A stretch of 64,000 bases of DNA from Candidatus Poriferisodalis sp. (GCF_965204125.1 NZ_OZ241968.1:1048840-1112839), one strand, 5' to 3'; positions 55,102-63,349 are shown, counted from the first letter of the stretch. Made by a program: numbers and translations. Notes: generated by a model from the sequence alone, not told the origin.

Positions 55102-55674
55102 CTATTCCAGCGTCAGGGTCGGGAGCACTCGGATGCCGAATCGCTGTCCTTGTCGGACGAGGCTGTTGGGGATGGGTTGGGGGTCGTGCCAGTTCAGCGG
55201 CGAGGGCTGTCGGGCGAACACGGCGACGGCTTCGAGCTGCATCTGGGGGTCGTGTCTGACCCGGTAGACGATGCCGTCGTGTCCGGCGTCGTGCAATCGG
55301 CCGCTGAGCTGCTGTGACGGTGTGTAGTCGGTGCCGGTCGAATGCGCTGCGGTCACGCCGAAGCGGCCGAGGACGGAGCGGTGCGACAGATCGGCCAGTC
55401 GCAGGTCACGGGCACCGGTCGCCTCGCTGATCCTGCGGCTGTCGATCTCGGCGGTCCCCAGCGTGCCGATGCGCCCGAACACCTCGATGTATGCAGCGAT
55501 CGGTTCCGGCGCCAGGTAGCACACGCCGTATCGCTGGTGGCCAGGCGGGGCCCCGAATCTGTGCCGGTCGGTCGTGTCGTAGTGGTCGGCGGCACGGTCG
55601 GCACGGTGGATGCGGTGAAGCGAGGACCCTGCCCGCAGCGTTCGTGTGGGGAACTGCCGCCAGTCGGCGGTCAT
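55102..55674 (-). CDS. RES-domain toxin (NAD+-targeting family)
   Basis: ATG 55674 (MTADWRQFPTRTLRAGSSLHRIH). RFGAPPGHQRYGVCYLAPEPIAAYIE, DYTPSQQLSGRL and DGIVYRVRHD. Its start overlaps the antitoxin stop (55671-55674). Confidence 0.8.
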   Translation of the reverse strand: MTADWRQFPTRTLRAGSSLHRIHRADRAADHYDTTDRHRFGAPPGHQRYGVCYLAPEPIAAYIEVFGRIGTLGTAEIDSRRISEATGARDLRLADLSHRSVLGRFGVTAAHSTGTDYTPSQQLSGRLHDAGHDGIVYRVRHDPQMQLEAVAVFARQPSPLNWHDPQPIPNSLVRQGQRFGIRVLPTLTLE

Positions 55675-56270
55675 TGGGCGAGGCGAAGCGCTGCCTGCTC
55701 GGCCGAGCGGACGACTGCCCGGTTGTCGCGGCCCTGGGCGATCCACGCCGCCGGCGTGCTGCCGTCGAGGTCGTCGTGCTGGGCGGTGGTGGCCCACGCG
55801 GCGACGATCTGCGGGTCGGCGGCATCGAGATGGTCCCTGAACGCGGCGACGACCTCGGCGACCATCGGGCGAACCGATCGCGAGCCCGAGTCGAACTGCC
55901 ACGCTGGGAACCAGGTGGTGCTGCGCCCGCGCAGCCCGATCAGCGTTCCGCTGCGCTGCCGCTTGGACAGCGCCTGGCGGGAGACCCCGAGCATCGCGCA
56001 CACCTGGGCGGTGTCATAGCGCTCCCCCACAGCGGCTGACCACGCCGCTGAGGCAATGACCGACTCTGCCGCGGAGCCGCCGATGCGCTGCGCGGCGGTC
56101 TCGTCGAGATCCCCGAGGCTCTCCATGGAGGACCGCAGCTCCCGCAGGAAGCTCTCGGCCACGATGACCGCAGGCGACCCCGATGCCCCTTCGCCCGCGT
56201 TGGAGCGCAAGAACCGATCCAGAGCCTCGCGCAGCGAGCGCTCGCCGGTCGCCTCTGTCGCCATCGCCAT
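55671..56270 (-). CDS. Xre/MbcA/ParS-like antitoxin (HTH + DUF2384-type C-terminal domain)
   Basis: YDTAQVCAMLGVSRQALSKRQRSGTLIGL (HTH). C-terminal AAWATTAQHDDLDGSTPAAWIAQGRDNRAVVRSAEQAA, typical of RES-cognate antitoxins. Confidence 0.8.
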   Translation of the reverse strand: MAMATEATGERSLREALDRFLRSNAGEGASGSPAVIVAESFLRELRSSMESLGDLDETAAQRIGGSAAESVIASAAWSAAVGERYDTAQVCAMLGVSRQALSKRQRSGTLIGLRGRSTTWFPAWQFDSGSRSVRPMVAEVVAAFRDHLDAADPQIVAAWATTAQHDDLDGSTPAAWIAQGRDNRAVVRSAEQAALRLAQ

Positions 56271-56361
56271 GACCGCAGCCTACGCCGCGGCCCGTCAACC
56301 CGTCAACCCGTCAACCAACCGTCTCGGGCTGCTCAGCCGGCCGCTGACAAGCGCCCCTCTT

Positions 56362-56418
56362 GGGGCTGTCAAGACCCGAAATCACACGGAAAGGAGCCGA
56401 ACAAGGAGAAACATAACC
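56362..56418 (+). promoter_or_regulatory. Full surface-gene 5' leader (copy I) attached to S5
   Basis: ggggctgtcaagacccgaaatcacacGGAAAGGAGccgaacAAGGAGAaacataacc followed by TTG. Identical to copy A from cgaaatcacacgg onward. Confidence 0.7.
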
Positions 56419-59226
56419 TTGACTACCTACTCGAAGCGGCGAGGCAGGCGTTCCCTCGCTGCGATCCTGGCGGCGATGCTCATTGCATCGGTGCTCGCCG
56501 TGGTCGCCGGCTCACCGGCGCACGCGGCCAACACGGCCGGCGAAGTACTCGTCGACCATGACAACGACGCGAAGACTCCGAAGGTGCGCCAGTTCGCCGG
56601 CGACACCCGCTATGAGACTGCTCTGGCACTCGCGAAGGACTTTGCTGAGAACAACGGCAGCATCGGCGGAGTTCCCGTCGCTTTCGTCGCGTCGGGTGAG
56701 TCGCTGGTCGACGCCGTGACTGTCTCAGCTCTTGCAGGCGACCTGAACGCACCGGTGCTGCTCACCCCTGGCGGGGAACTGCACCGAGGCGTCGGCACAT
56801 TCCTCGAGGACTACGGCATTGGAACGATCCATGTGCTCGGCGGCACCGCCGCTGTCTCCGATGCGGTTGTCACCGCCATCGAGGGCCTGGTCCACGAGCC
56901 GACCGTGACGCGCATCGCTGGCGACGACCGGTATGCGACTGCTGCTGCGATCGCTTCGGCTCTGAATGGTTCTCGGTCGTGGTGCGATTCCGACAATGAG
57001 GCTGCGGTGCTGGTCAATGGTGGCAGCACGTCGCTGGCCGGTGCGACAGTCATCGGGCCGGTTGCGAACCGTCTCGCGGTGCCAGTGTTGCTTACCGCCG
57101 CTGACGAACTGCCTGACGCGACCCGCGACTGGATCGACGAGAACAGCATCGAGCATGTTGTGATTGTCGGCTCGACCGCCGACGTGTCCGCGGGCATCGA
57201 GAAGATGCTGGCGGCTGACGGTGTCGATGTCGTTGAGCGCATCGCTGGCGACAACGCCGGTGAGTTGTCGGTGAACGTCGCCAAGACCGTCACTGGCGAT
57301 TGCGCTGACGATCTGGCGCCGGTTGCGTTTGATCGGGCTGCGTTGGTGAACGGCTGGGGACGCGATGTCGCCCCTGACGCCATCACCGCTGCGCCGGTTC
57401 TGTCGGACGGCAATCTCGTGCCGATCCTGCTGGTCGGTGACACGCTGCCCGCATCGGTGCGTGATTACCTCGCCGCGACGCCGTCGCTGCGTAATGGCAA
57501 CAAGGTGCATTATCAGCTGCTCGCTATCGGCGGCACCGCTGCGGTGTCGGAGGCTGTGATGGCAGCGGCGATTGATGCTGCTGCTTCGGCTGATGCGCTC
57601 ACTGTGTCGATTACCAACAACGTTGATATGCCGACGCATGATGACTTCGGAAAGCCGCCCGTTGTCGATGCGACAAGCTTCACGCTGCGGTTCAACGACC
57701 GTGTCAACAGCACCGGCCTGCAAGCCAAGCTCAGTGACATTGTCGAGATCAACGGCGCTCCAGCTGTCTTCACCGTTGCTGACGCCGATACTGACGGCAC
57801 TGTGGAAGCCACAGAGTCGAGTTATCGCTGCGATTCCGCGATCGTGCGCATCACCGGTGTGCCGGCTCTCAAAGCTGGCGATGTCATCTCGGTCGCCGGT
57901 TCGACGCTGACGGTTGGTGCTGGCGATGACCAGCGCAATGTCGTGTCGACTTCGGTGACGGTGCCCGCGAACCCAGTCGACAAGATTGGCCCGAAGATCA
58001 CCATCGTCGGTGTTGAGGACCAGAACAGCGGCGACGTTGGCACCGTCTGGGTCACGGTTGCTTCCGACGATCTCGGCACGGGCACCGACACAGGGTTGAC
58101 GATCGACAACGCCGCGACCACCAATATCGCCAACGATGGTGAAGTGCGTGCAACCCGTGGCGGCAAGTCGCTCGTGCTCGCAGCCATCACTGATGTGTCG
58201 TTGGCAGCAGACGGCACGGCACGCTTCGAGTTGACGCTCGGCACTCAGACTGACACCACCCTCGTCGCTGAGTGGAAGGCCGGGGACCAGATCACGTTCA
58301 TGAGAGGCGCGCTTGTCGACGCTGAAGGCAACGACAGCCCACGTGCACATGGCAGGGTTGCCGCAGCCAAAGTTTCCCCGAAGCCGACAGCGATCCGCGT
58401 TAGCGACGAGAACCACACCAACCAAGCAACTGCAACGGTTCCGGTCGCTATCGCAGGAACAGGCGGAGTGGCGGACATCACGCTGACCGCTAAGAAGGAC
58501 GGCGCAGCGGCAGGTGTGCGCGGCAACGGCTGGACATTCCGGCTGCGCAACGCCAGCACCGTGCCCGCTGGTGACGCCGACATCGCTGTGTCAGTCGATA
58601 CCAAGGGCCGACGTGTAGTCGCGACAGTCCGTCGTGGCGCACCGACCTACGGGGATCTCAAAACGGCGCTCGACGGTCACAGGGCATTCGCAGCGCTGTT
58701 CGACGTTGCTATCGCCAAGACGGCCGACAATGCGGCAGCCGGCACCTGCGGGGCTCCCAAGAGCACCACGAAGCTCACTCTCACGGGAGACTCGCCACCG
58801 GCTGGTCTGGACACTCCCGTTGCCTTCGCTGAGGGCCGTACCACTATGGCTGTGGAAGTCATCTTCAACGGCTACCTCCAGACGGTGACCGACAACGCGC
58901 TGCGTGACGACGTGTTCGCGGACGCTGTCGCAGAGCGCGGCGTCGATCTGGCCAACCTGGCGACCGATAGCAGTGTGACACAGGTGTTCGTGGCACCATC
59001 TGACAGGGTCCGTTACAACATCGTCGCCACTGCGGGCGATGCCGGTCTGCTGTTGCAGCCCGGGCCCGGCAAGGACCGTGTGGTTGTCGCTGCTGGAGAT
59101 GTCGCCACCGGCTACGCCGACGACGGTCTCACCGGCACCGACGACACCGATGGTGACGAGACCACCAACGCCAAGAACGATGGTCTGTGGATGCACCGCA
59201 GCAGCTCTGTCAAGGCTCCCGCCTAG
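56419..59226 (+). CDS. Large CWB2-anchored surface protein, putative S-layer-type paralog S5 (subfamily with S2)
   Basis: TTG 56419 (LTTYSKRRGRRSLAAILAAMLIASVLAVVAGSPAHAANT). CWB2 motifs GDTRYETALALAKDF, AGDDRYATAAAIASAL and AGDNAGELSVNVAKTV. The first ~75 nt are identical to S1. The track ORF start at 56056 overlaps the antitoxin gene and is rejected. Confidence 0.85.
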   Translation: MTTYSKRRGRRSLAAILAAMLIASVLAVVAGSPAHAANTAGEVLVDHDNDAKTPKVRQFAGDTRYETALALAKDFAENNGSIGGVPVAFVASGESLVDAVTVSALAGDLNAPVLLTPGGELHRGVGTFLEDYGIGTIHVLGGTAAVSDAVVTAIEGLVHEPTVTRIAGDDRYATAAAIASALNGSRSWCDSDNEAAVLVNGGSTSLAGATVIGPVANRLAVPVLLTAADELPDATRDWIDENSIEHVVIVGSTADVSAGIEKMLAADGVDVVERIAGDNAGELSVNVAKTVTGDCADDLAPVAFDRAALVNGWGRDVAPDAITAAPVLSDGNLVPILLVGDTLPASVRDYLAATPSLRNGNKVHYQLLAIGGTAAVSEAVMAAAIDAAASADALTVSITNNVDMPTHDDFGKPPVVDATSFTLRFNDRVNSTGLQAKLSDIVEINGAPAVFTVADADTDGTVEATESSYRCDSAIVRITGVPALKAGDVISVAGSTLTVGAGDDQRNVVSTSVTVPANPVDKIGPKITIVGVEDQNSGDVGTVWVTVASDDLGTGTDTGLTIDNAATTNIANDGEVRATRGGKSLVLAAITDVSLAADGTARFELTLGTQTDTTLVAEWKAGDQITFMRGALVDAEGNDSPRAHGRVAAAKVSPKPTAIRVSDENHTNQATATVPVAIAGTGGVADITLTAKKDGAAAGVRGNGWTFRLRNASTVPAGDADIAVSVDTKGRRVVATVRRGAPTYGDLKTALDGHRAFAALFDVAIAKTADNAAAGTCGAPKSTTKLTLTGDSPPAGLDTPVAFAEGRTTMAVEVIFNGYLQTVTDNALRDDVFADAVAERGVDLANLATDSSVTQVFVAPSDRVRYNIVATAGDAGLLLQPGPGKDRVVVAAGDVATGYADDGLTGTDDTDGDETTNAKNDGLWMHRSSSVKAPA

Positions 59227-59349
59227 ACCGGTTGTCACATAGCTGAGGGCCTGAGGCCCCCGTCCGATGCAGGCATCACATTGCGTCCGGGCGGGGGCCT
59301 CTCCCTTGGCCAACACCACTTAGACCCGAGTCCCTCTTCGGGAGGGAAC

Positions 59350-59377
59350 GGACCCCCGACCACTAGGTCGGGGGTCC
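59350..59377 (+). terminator. Hairpin terminator downstream of S5 (not of the conserved T type)
   Basis: ggacccccgacc-acta-ggtcgggggtcc (12-bp stem) followed by ttcccgtttcc. A second small hairpin, tccctc-ttcg-ggaggga, lies at 59331-59347. Confidence 0.75.
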
Positions 59378-59435
59378 TTCCCGTTTCCGGGCTGGTTGAA
59401 CCTGCCCACGCGGGCGGCTGCGAACCGTGCGCCCG

Positions 59436-59620
59436 CTGCATGCAGCGCACCCGCGTACGCCACTAATTCGGTGCAGGTTCCTGTGCTGGTCGGCTTATGG
59501 TGCGTTCAGCCTCGCTGCCGGCTCATGCGGCAGTCGATTCCTAACCACGAGAGCGCTCTTCAGCGCCGCAAGGCTCAGCGAGGCCCGGTATCCGCCACGA
59601 ACGAATCGACCGCCGCCATG
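59436..59620 (+). repeat. About 185-bp conserved non-coding element, copy 1 (upstream of the ParA-like gene)
   Basis: Blocks shared with 61151..61335: ctgcatgcagc, taattcggtgcaggttcctg, ggctcatgcggc, cagcgccgca, gaggcccg and cgaccgccgc-atgacc. Confidence 0.75.
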
Positions 59621-60496
59621 ACCGCAGCAACACCCCCAAGAACTGAACCGAGCGCGAGAGTCGCGGTCTCCGTGATCAACATGAAGGGCGGCGTCGGCAA
59701 GACGACGATCGCAACGCTGCTCTGTCGGCACCTTGCGCGAACCCACAAGGTCCTAGCGATCGACTTGGACCCTCAGGCGAACATGTCCCAGGCGCTCATG
59801 GGTGAGGCTGGTTACCGGCGGTTCATGGATGACGAGTCGCCGTCGGTGGTTGAGGTGTTCAAGGGATATCAGCCTCCGCGCAGCGCGGCCTCGCCGACCC
59901 CGCTGGACCCGGCCGATGTAGCACGGACAATTCCGGGCCGCGGCGAGAAACTGCGCATCATTCCTTCTCGCTTCGATTTCTCCGACAACCTGTGTGAGGC
60001 GACGAGAACGGACGATCAGGCCCTAGCGCGCTTCATCGCAGATGGATTCGATGACATCGACATTGTCTTGATCGACTGTGCTCCAACGGAGTCGGTTCTC
60101 ACGCGGGCTGCCTATCACGCCTCGCGGTATGTGCTAGTTCCCGTTCGCCCCGAGTACTTCGCCACCATCGGATTCCCGCTACTGCACAGATCGTTGGAGG
60201 GGTTTAGGAAGCAGAACCCCGGTCACGAGCTCGATGTGCTCGGCATCGTGATCAACGATGCCGGGTACAAGGGCGGAAATGATGGTGGACCCGAAAAGGC
60301 ACAAGCCATGACCGACATCAGGGGCGAAGCCGCAAAGCACAGCTGGCGGATCTTCTCCAAGCAGCTCCCGTACTCCCGTGGGTTCCCAAAGATGATGCGA
60401 GGAAATTACAGCCGGCTCGGTAACGCCAGAAGGTCGTTCTACGCTCTTGAACGGGAACTGCGCCGCACGTTGTCTGAGGAGGGATACCTGCTGTGA
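59618..60496 (+). CDS. ParA/MinD-like deviant Walker ATPase
   Basis: VAVSVINMKGGVGKTTIATLLCRHLARTHKVLAIDLDPQANMSQAL and VLIDCAPTES. ATG 59618; the ORF is open from 59396, but that part overlaps the conserved non-coding element. Confidence 0.8.
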   Translation: MTAATPPRTEPSARVAVSVINMKGGVGKTTIATLLCRHLARTHKVLAIDLDPQANMSQALMGEAGYRRFMDDESPSVVEVFKGYQPPRSAASPTPLDPADVARTIPGRGEKLRIIPSRFDFSDNLCEATRTDDQALARFIADGFDDIDIVLIDCAPTESVLTRAAYHASRYVLVPVRPEYFATIGFPLLHRSLEGFRKQNPGHELDVLGIVINDAGYKGGNDGGPEKAQAMTDIRGEAAKHSWRIFSKQLPYSRGFPKMMRGNYSRLGNARRSFYALERELRRTLSEEGYLL

Positions 60497-60990
60497 CGGG
60501 AGACCGACTCGTTGCCTCGCTGCGAGAGCTCGTGCGAGAACACGGGCTCGAGCAGGTGAGCCGATCGCTTCACGAGATTGGCGGGCTCGACGGCCAGGCC
60601 CAGGACGCCGCGCCTAGTTCCGGCAGATCAGCACAGCGTGCTGTCGGTCCGAGAGTCAAGCGGAAGCGTGCAGCCACCGCCCTAGAGCGCGTCGAGAAGA
60701 TGGATCTTCCGAGCGAGACTGCCGACGATGTCGTGCAGCTCGCAAAGCGGTTCGACGAGAAATCCTTCATGCCGACCTTCGGCGACATCGCTCACTTCTG
60801 CAGTGTCTATGACATCGAGGTGCCGGCGTCGAGGTCCCGTGCCTCCGCGATAGCACGTGTCTTCAGCACCATCGCGGCCATGAGCGCCGAGGACATCCGG
60901 ATACTGGTCGACTACGGCGCGTTCTCCGGCCCGGCGCGTCTCGGCCCGATATCTGACGCAATCGCCCGCCGCAGCCGAACGCAAGCGTAA
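60493..60990 (+). CDS. Hypothetical protein coupled to the ParA-like gene
   Basis: GTG start overlapping the ParA-like stop (60493-60496). No recognised motif and no ParB-like HTH seen. Confidence 0.5.
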   Translation: MTGDRLVASLRELVREHGLEQVSRSLHEIGGLDGQAQDAAPSSGRSAQRAVGPRVKRKRAATALERVEKMDLPSETADDVVQLAKRFDEKSFMPTFGDIAHFCSVYDIEVPASRSRASAIARVFSTIAAMSAEDIRILVDYGAFSGPARLGPISDAIARRSRTQA

Positions 60991-61150
60991 GAACCCACTG
61001 CTGCGCTCCGCGACAGCGACCTCACCGTCATGGCGGCTCTCACGGTTGAGGCAACGGACAAGGCCCGCATAGGCACCTCCAAGCAAGCACGAACTGCGCT
61101 CAGGCGAGCGTCGACGTCGGCAGCGGTGTTCCGTGTGCGGCGGCACCGGA

Positions 61151-61335
61151 CTGCATGCAGCAGACTCGTCGATGCCATTAATTCGGTGCAGGTTCCTGAG
61201 CCTTTCGGGCTACGGTGTGACTGCCTCGTTGCCCGGCTCATGCGGCGACCTTCCTGGAACCAGATGTGCGCTGTCAGCGCCGCAGAGCCGAAGGAGGCCC
61301 GATGCCCGCACCCGTCGAGACGACCGCCGCGATGA
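61151..61335 (+). repeat. About 185-bp conserved non-coding element, copy 2 (upstream of 61302..61739)
   Basis: See copy 1. Direct orientation, 1.7 kb apart, bracketing the ParA-like two-gene module. Confidence 0.75.
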
Positions 61336-61739
61336 CCGAACCGGCCCCACAGCACACGCCCGCTGTCGGCAGCGAGGCGGCGCGGCAGGGCGTGTCGCCG
61401 AATGTGGTGATGGGCGTGTTCGGCGGGCTGCTGACCACGCTGCTGGGAGCGCTGATCGGTTTGATGATGTGGCAGTTCAGCTCGCTGGGCGGCCGCATCG
61501 ACGCTCAAGGCGCGCGCATCGACAGCCTCAGTACCGAGCTGCGCGCTGAGCTGCGCGCCGAGATCGGCGGCCTGCGGACCGAGCTGCGGAACGAGCTGCG
61601 CGCCGAGATCGGCGGCCTGCGGGCTGAGATGCAGGCGGGCTTCCGGGAGATCAACGCGATTCTGCTGGACCACACCGACCGTCTCGCTCGCCTCGAGGCC
61701 GCCGCAGGGCTGCCCCGCAGCGCCGACGCCCCCCAATAG
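61302..61739 (+). CDS. Small membrane protein with one N-proximal TM segment and a repetitive coiled-coil
   Basis: ATG 61302 preceded by gAAGGAGGcccg. VVMGVFGGLLTTLLGALIGLMMW followed by LRAELRAEIGGLRTELRNELRAEIGGLRAEMQ (45-bp repeat at about 61537-61630). Confidence 0.65.
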   Translation: MPAPVETTAAMTEPAPQHTPAVGSEAARQGVSPNVVMGVFGGLLTTLLGALIGLMMWQFSSLGGRIDAQGARIDSLSTELRAELRAEIGGLRTELRNELRAEIGGLRAEMQAGFREINAILLDHTDRLARLEAAAGLPRSADAPQ

Positions 61740-61931
61740 GGACCGGCTGCACGAACAGCGCGCTGAGGCTGAGCCCCGTGATGCTGCGCAGCAGATTGCC
61801 GAAGTTGGTTCGTTGCGGTTCGCTCGACGTCGAGGCGGCTGGTCGGGCTATGAGCCAGTCCGCTGGCTAGATTGTCTGTCTAGATTGTAGTGGCGTCGAT
61901 GCAGGGGGTCATTGTGGCGGATGCAGCGCAG

Positions 61932-62180
61932 ATGTGGCAATTGCAGGACGCCAAGAACCGGTTCAGCGCCGTTGTCGAGGCGGCGCTGGGCGGCGAGCCG
62001 CAGCATGTGACGCGGCGAGGCCAGCCCGTGGTCGTGGTGGTGGCGGTGGATGAGTTCGAGCGGCTCTGCCGGCTCGACAGTGCTGCCGCGCCCACGTTCG
62101 GCCGCCTGCTGGCCGCCATGCCGACCGACGGCGGCGAATTCGAGCGGCTCGATGTGTCACCCAGGGACATCGAGCTGTGA
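61932..62180 (+). CDS. Phd/YefM-type antitoxin
   Basis: MWQLQDAKNRFSAVVEAALGGEPQHVTRRGQPVVVVVAVDEFERL. The ORF is open from GTG 61890. The direct repeat ctagattgt at 61867-61875 and 61880-61888 lies upstream. Confidence 0.75.
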   Translation: MWQLQDAKNRFSAVVEAALGGEPQHVTRRGQPVVVVVAVDEFERLCRLDSAAAPTFGRLLAAMPTDGGEFERLDVSPRDIEL

Positions 62181-62590
62181 GCTTGCTGCTCGACACCGAT
62201 GTTCTCTCGGCGCTGCGCCGTCGCCACCGGAACCCGTCGGTCGTCGGGTGGCTGGAGAGCCAACGCACAGCCGACCTGCATCTCAGCGTGGTGACCATCG
62301 GCGAGATCGAGCGCGGCATTGCCCGCCAGCGCGATCGCGACCCCGCATTCGCCCTGGAACTCGCCGACTGGCTCGACAAGGTGCTCACCTGGTACGGCGA
62401 CCGCGTGCTCCCCGTCGATACCGGCACGGCTCGGCGGTGGGGCCGCCTCGTTGAGCTGCTCGGGCATGCGAATGCCGACCTCTTGATCGCCGCCACGGCA
62501 CTCGAGCACGGGCTCACCGTGGTCACCCGCAACACCCGCGACTTCGAGCCAACCGGAGCAAAGGTGCTCAACCCCTTCGGTGACGCATAG
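62177..62590 (+). CDS. vapC: PIN-domain toxin VapC (FitB-like)
   Basis: MSLLLDTDVLSALRRRHRNPSVVGWL...LLIAATALEHGLTVVTRNTRDFEPTGAKVLNPF. GTG start overlapping the antitoxin stop. Confidence 0.85.
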   Translation: MSLLLDTDVLSALRRRHRNPSVVGWLESQRTADLHLSVVTIGEIERGIARQRDRDPAFALELADWLDKVLTWYGDRVLPVDTGTARRWGRLVELLGHANADLLIAATALEHGLTVVTRNTRDFEPTGAKVLNPFGDA

Positions 62591-62632
62591 CCTGCGGCGC
62601 GGGCGGGCTGTCAGCTCGGCTCCGGGTTGGAT

Positions 62633-63349
62633 CTATTGAGACGGAGCCACTCGAACGACCAGGCGGTCCTTTCTCTGCTCCTCGGTCGGAGGCGGCTGGG
62701 TTTCCTGCTCGCCGTCGGACTCATCTGAGTCGTCTGGCGGCTCGTTGCTGGGCCCAGATGCGCTGGCCGTCGGCTGGCTCGGCGGGGTGCTGGCCGGCGG
62801 CGTCTCGTCATGACTCGAGCGTTGCCCGACCGACCCGTCGTCGGACTCCTTGTCGTCGCTGACCGGCAGCGACTGCTTGTCCCAATTGAGGCTCCCAGCC
62901 GGTGCCGCTGGGGTGTCGGCGCGCACATAGGCCGACCACCCGCTCAACCCGGCCGAGTTGCGTGCCTTGATGCGGTAGAAGTACGTCGACGACGGCGAGA
63001 CTCCGTAGTCGACAAACGACCTGACGCTGCTGCCGAGGAGATCCGCCACGACGGCATAGGTGCTGGCGGCGCCGTCGCTGTGGTCGCGTCGGAGCACCTG
63101 GTAGCCGGTCACGCTGCCGTCGTCCGACGCAGTCCACGAGAGCGTCACCGAGCTGTGCGTCGCCGCGGCCACCGAGAGCCCTTGTGGTGCGGGCGGGCGA
63201 TCAGATTCCTGCGCTGCAGCCGGCGTGCCCGGCACGATCAGAGTGAGCACGGCGAGCGCCGCCAGCGCGCTCACCGACGCACGGCGCCGCAGCGAGCCGC
63301 GTCGAGCGCTGGCCTCGTCGATCGTCTCTCGCAGTTCTCGCATACGCAT
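62633..63349 (-). CDS. Secreted FN3-domain protein with a low-complexity acidic C-terminus
   Basis: Signal region SVSALAALAVLTLIVPGTPAAAQE. FN3 segment PQGLSVAAATHSSVTLSWTASDDGSVTGYQVLRRD...YFYRIKARNSAGLSGWS. Confidence 0.75.
   Translation of the reverse strand: MRMRELRETIDEASARRGSLRRRASVSALAALAVLTLIVPGTPAAAQESDRPPAPQGLSVAAATHSSVTLSWTASDDGSVTGYQVLRRDHSDGAASTYAVVADLLGSSVRSFVDYGVSPSSTYFYRIKARNSAGLSGWSAYVRADTPAAPAGSLNWDKQSLPVSDDKESDDGSVGQRSSHDETPPASTPPSQPTASASGPSNEPPDDSDESDGEQETQPPPTEEQRKDRLVVRVAPSQ

Noticed and set aside
52747-55317. Short ORFs starting at the orphan leaders (52747..52929 MSVRSNPRGGW..., 55033..55317 MSVRSNQTGW...)
   Set aside because: - Their first ~60 nt align at nucleotide level with the decayed surface-gene 5' end.
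- Afterwards they run antisense through the 3' ends of the AbiE-like and RES genes.
- I treat them as relics, not genes.
56056-56418. N-terminal 121-codon extension of the S5 ORF given in the track (start at 56056)
   Set aside because: It overlaps the well-supported Xre/DUF2384 antitoxin gene on the opposite strand and crosses the conserved non-coding leader. All paralogs begin at the conserved TTG behind AAGGAGA (56419).
59396-59617. Upstream extension of the ParA-like ORF, and ORFs 61030..61335 and 61133..61549, as coding sequence
   Set aside because: - The two ~185-bp copies are conserved at nucleotide level with frame-breaking indels.
- In copy 2 the matching frame stops before the downstream gene.
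- A non-coding element is more likely.
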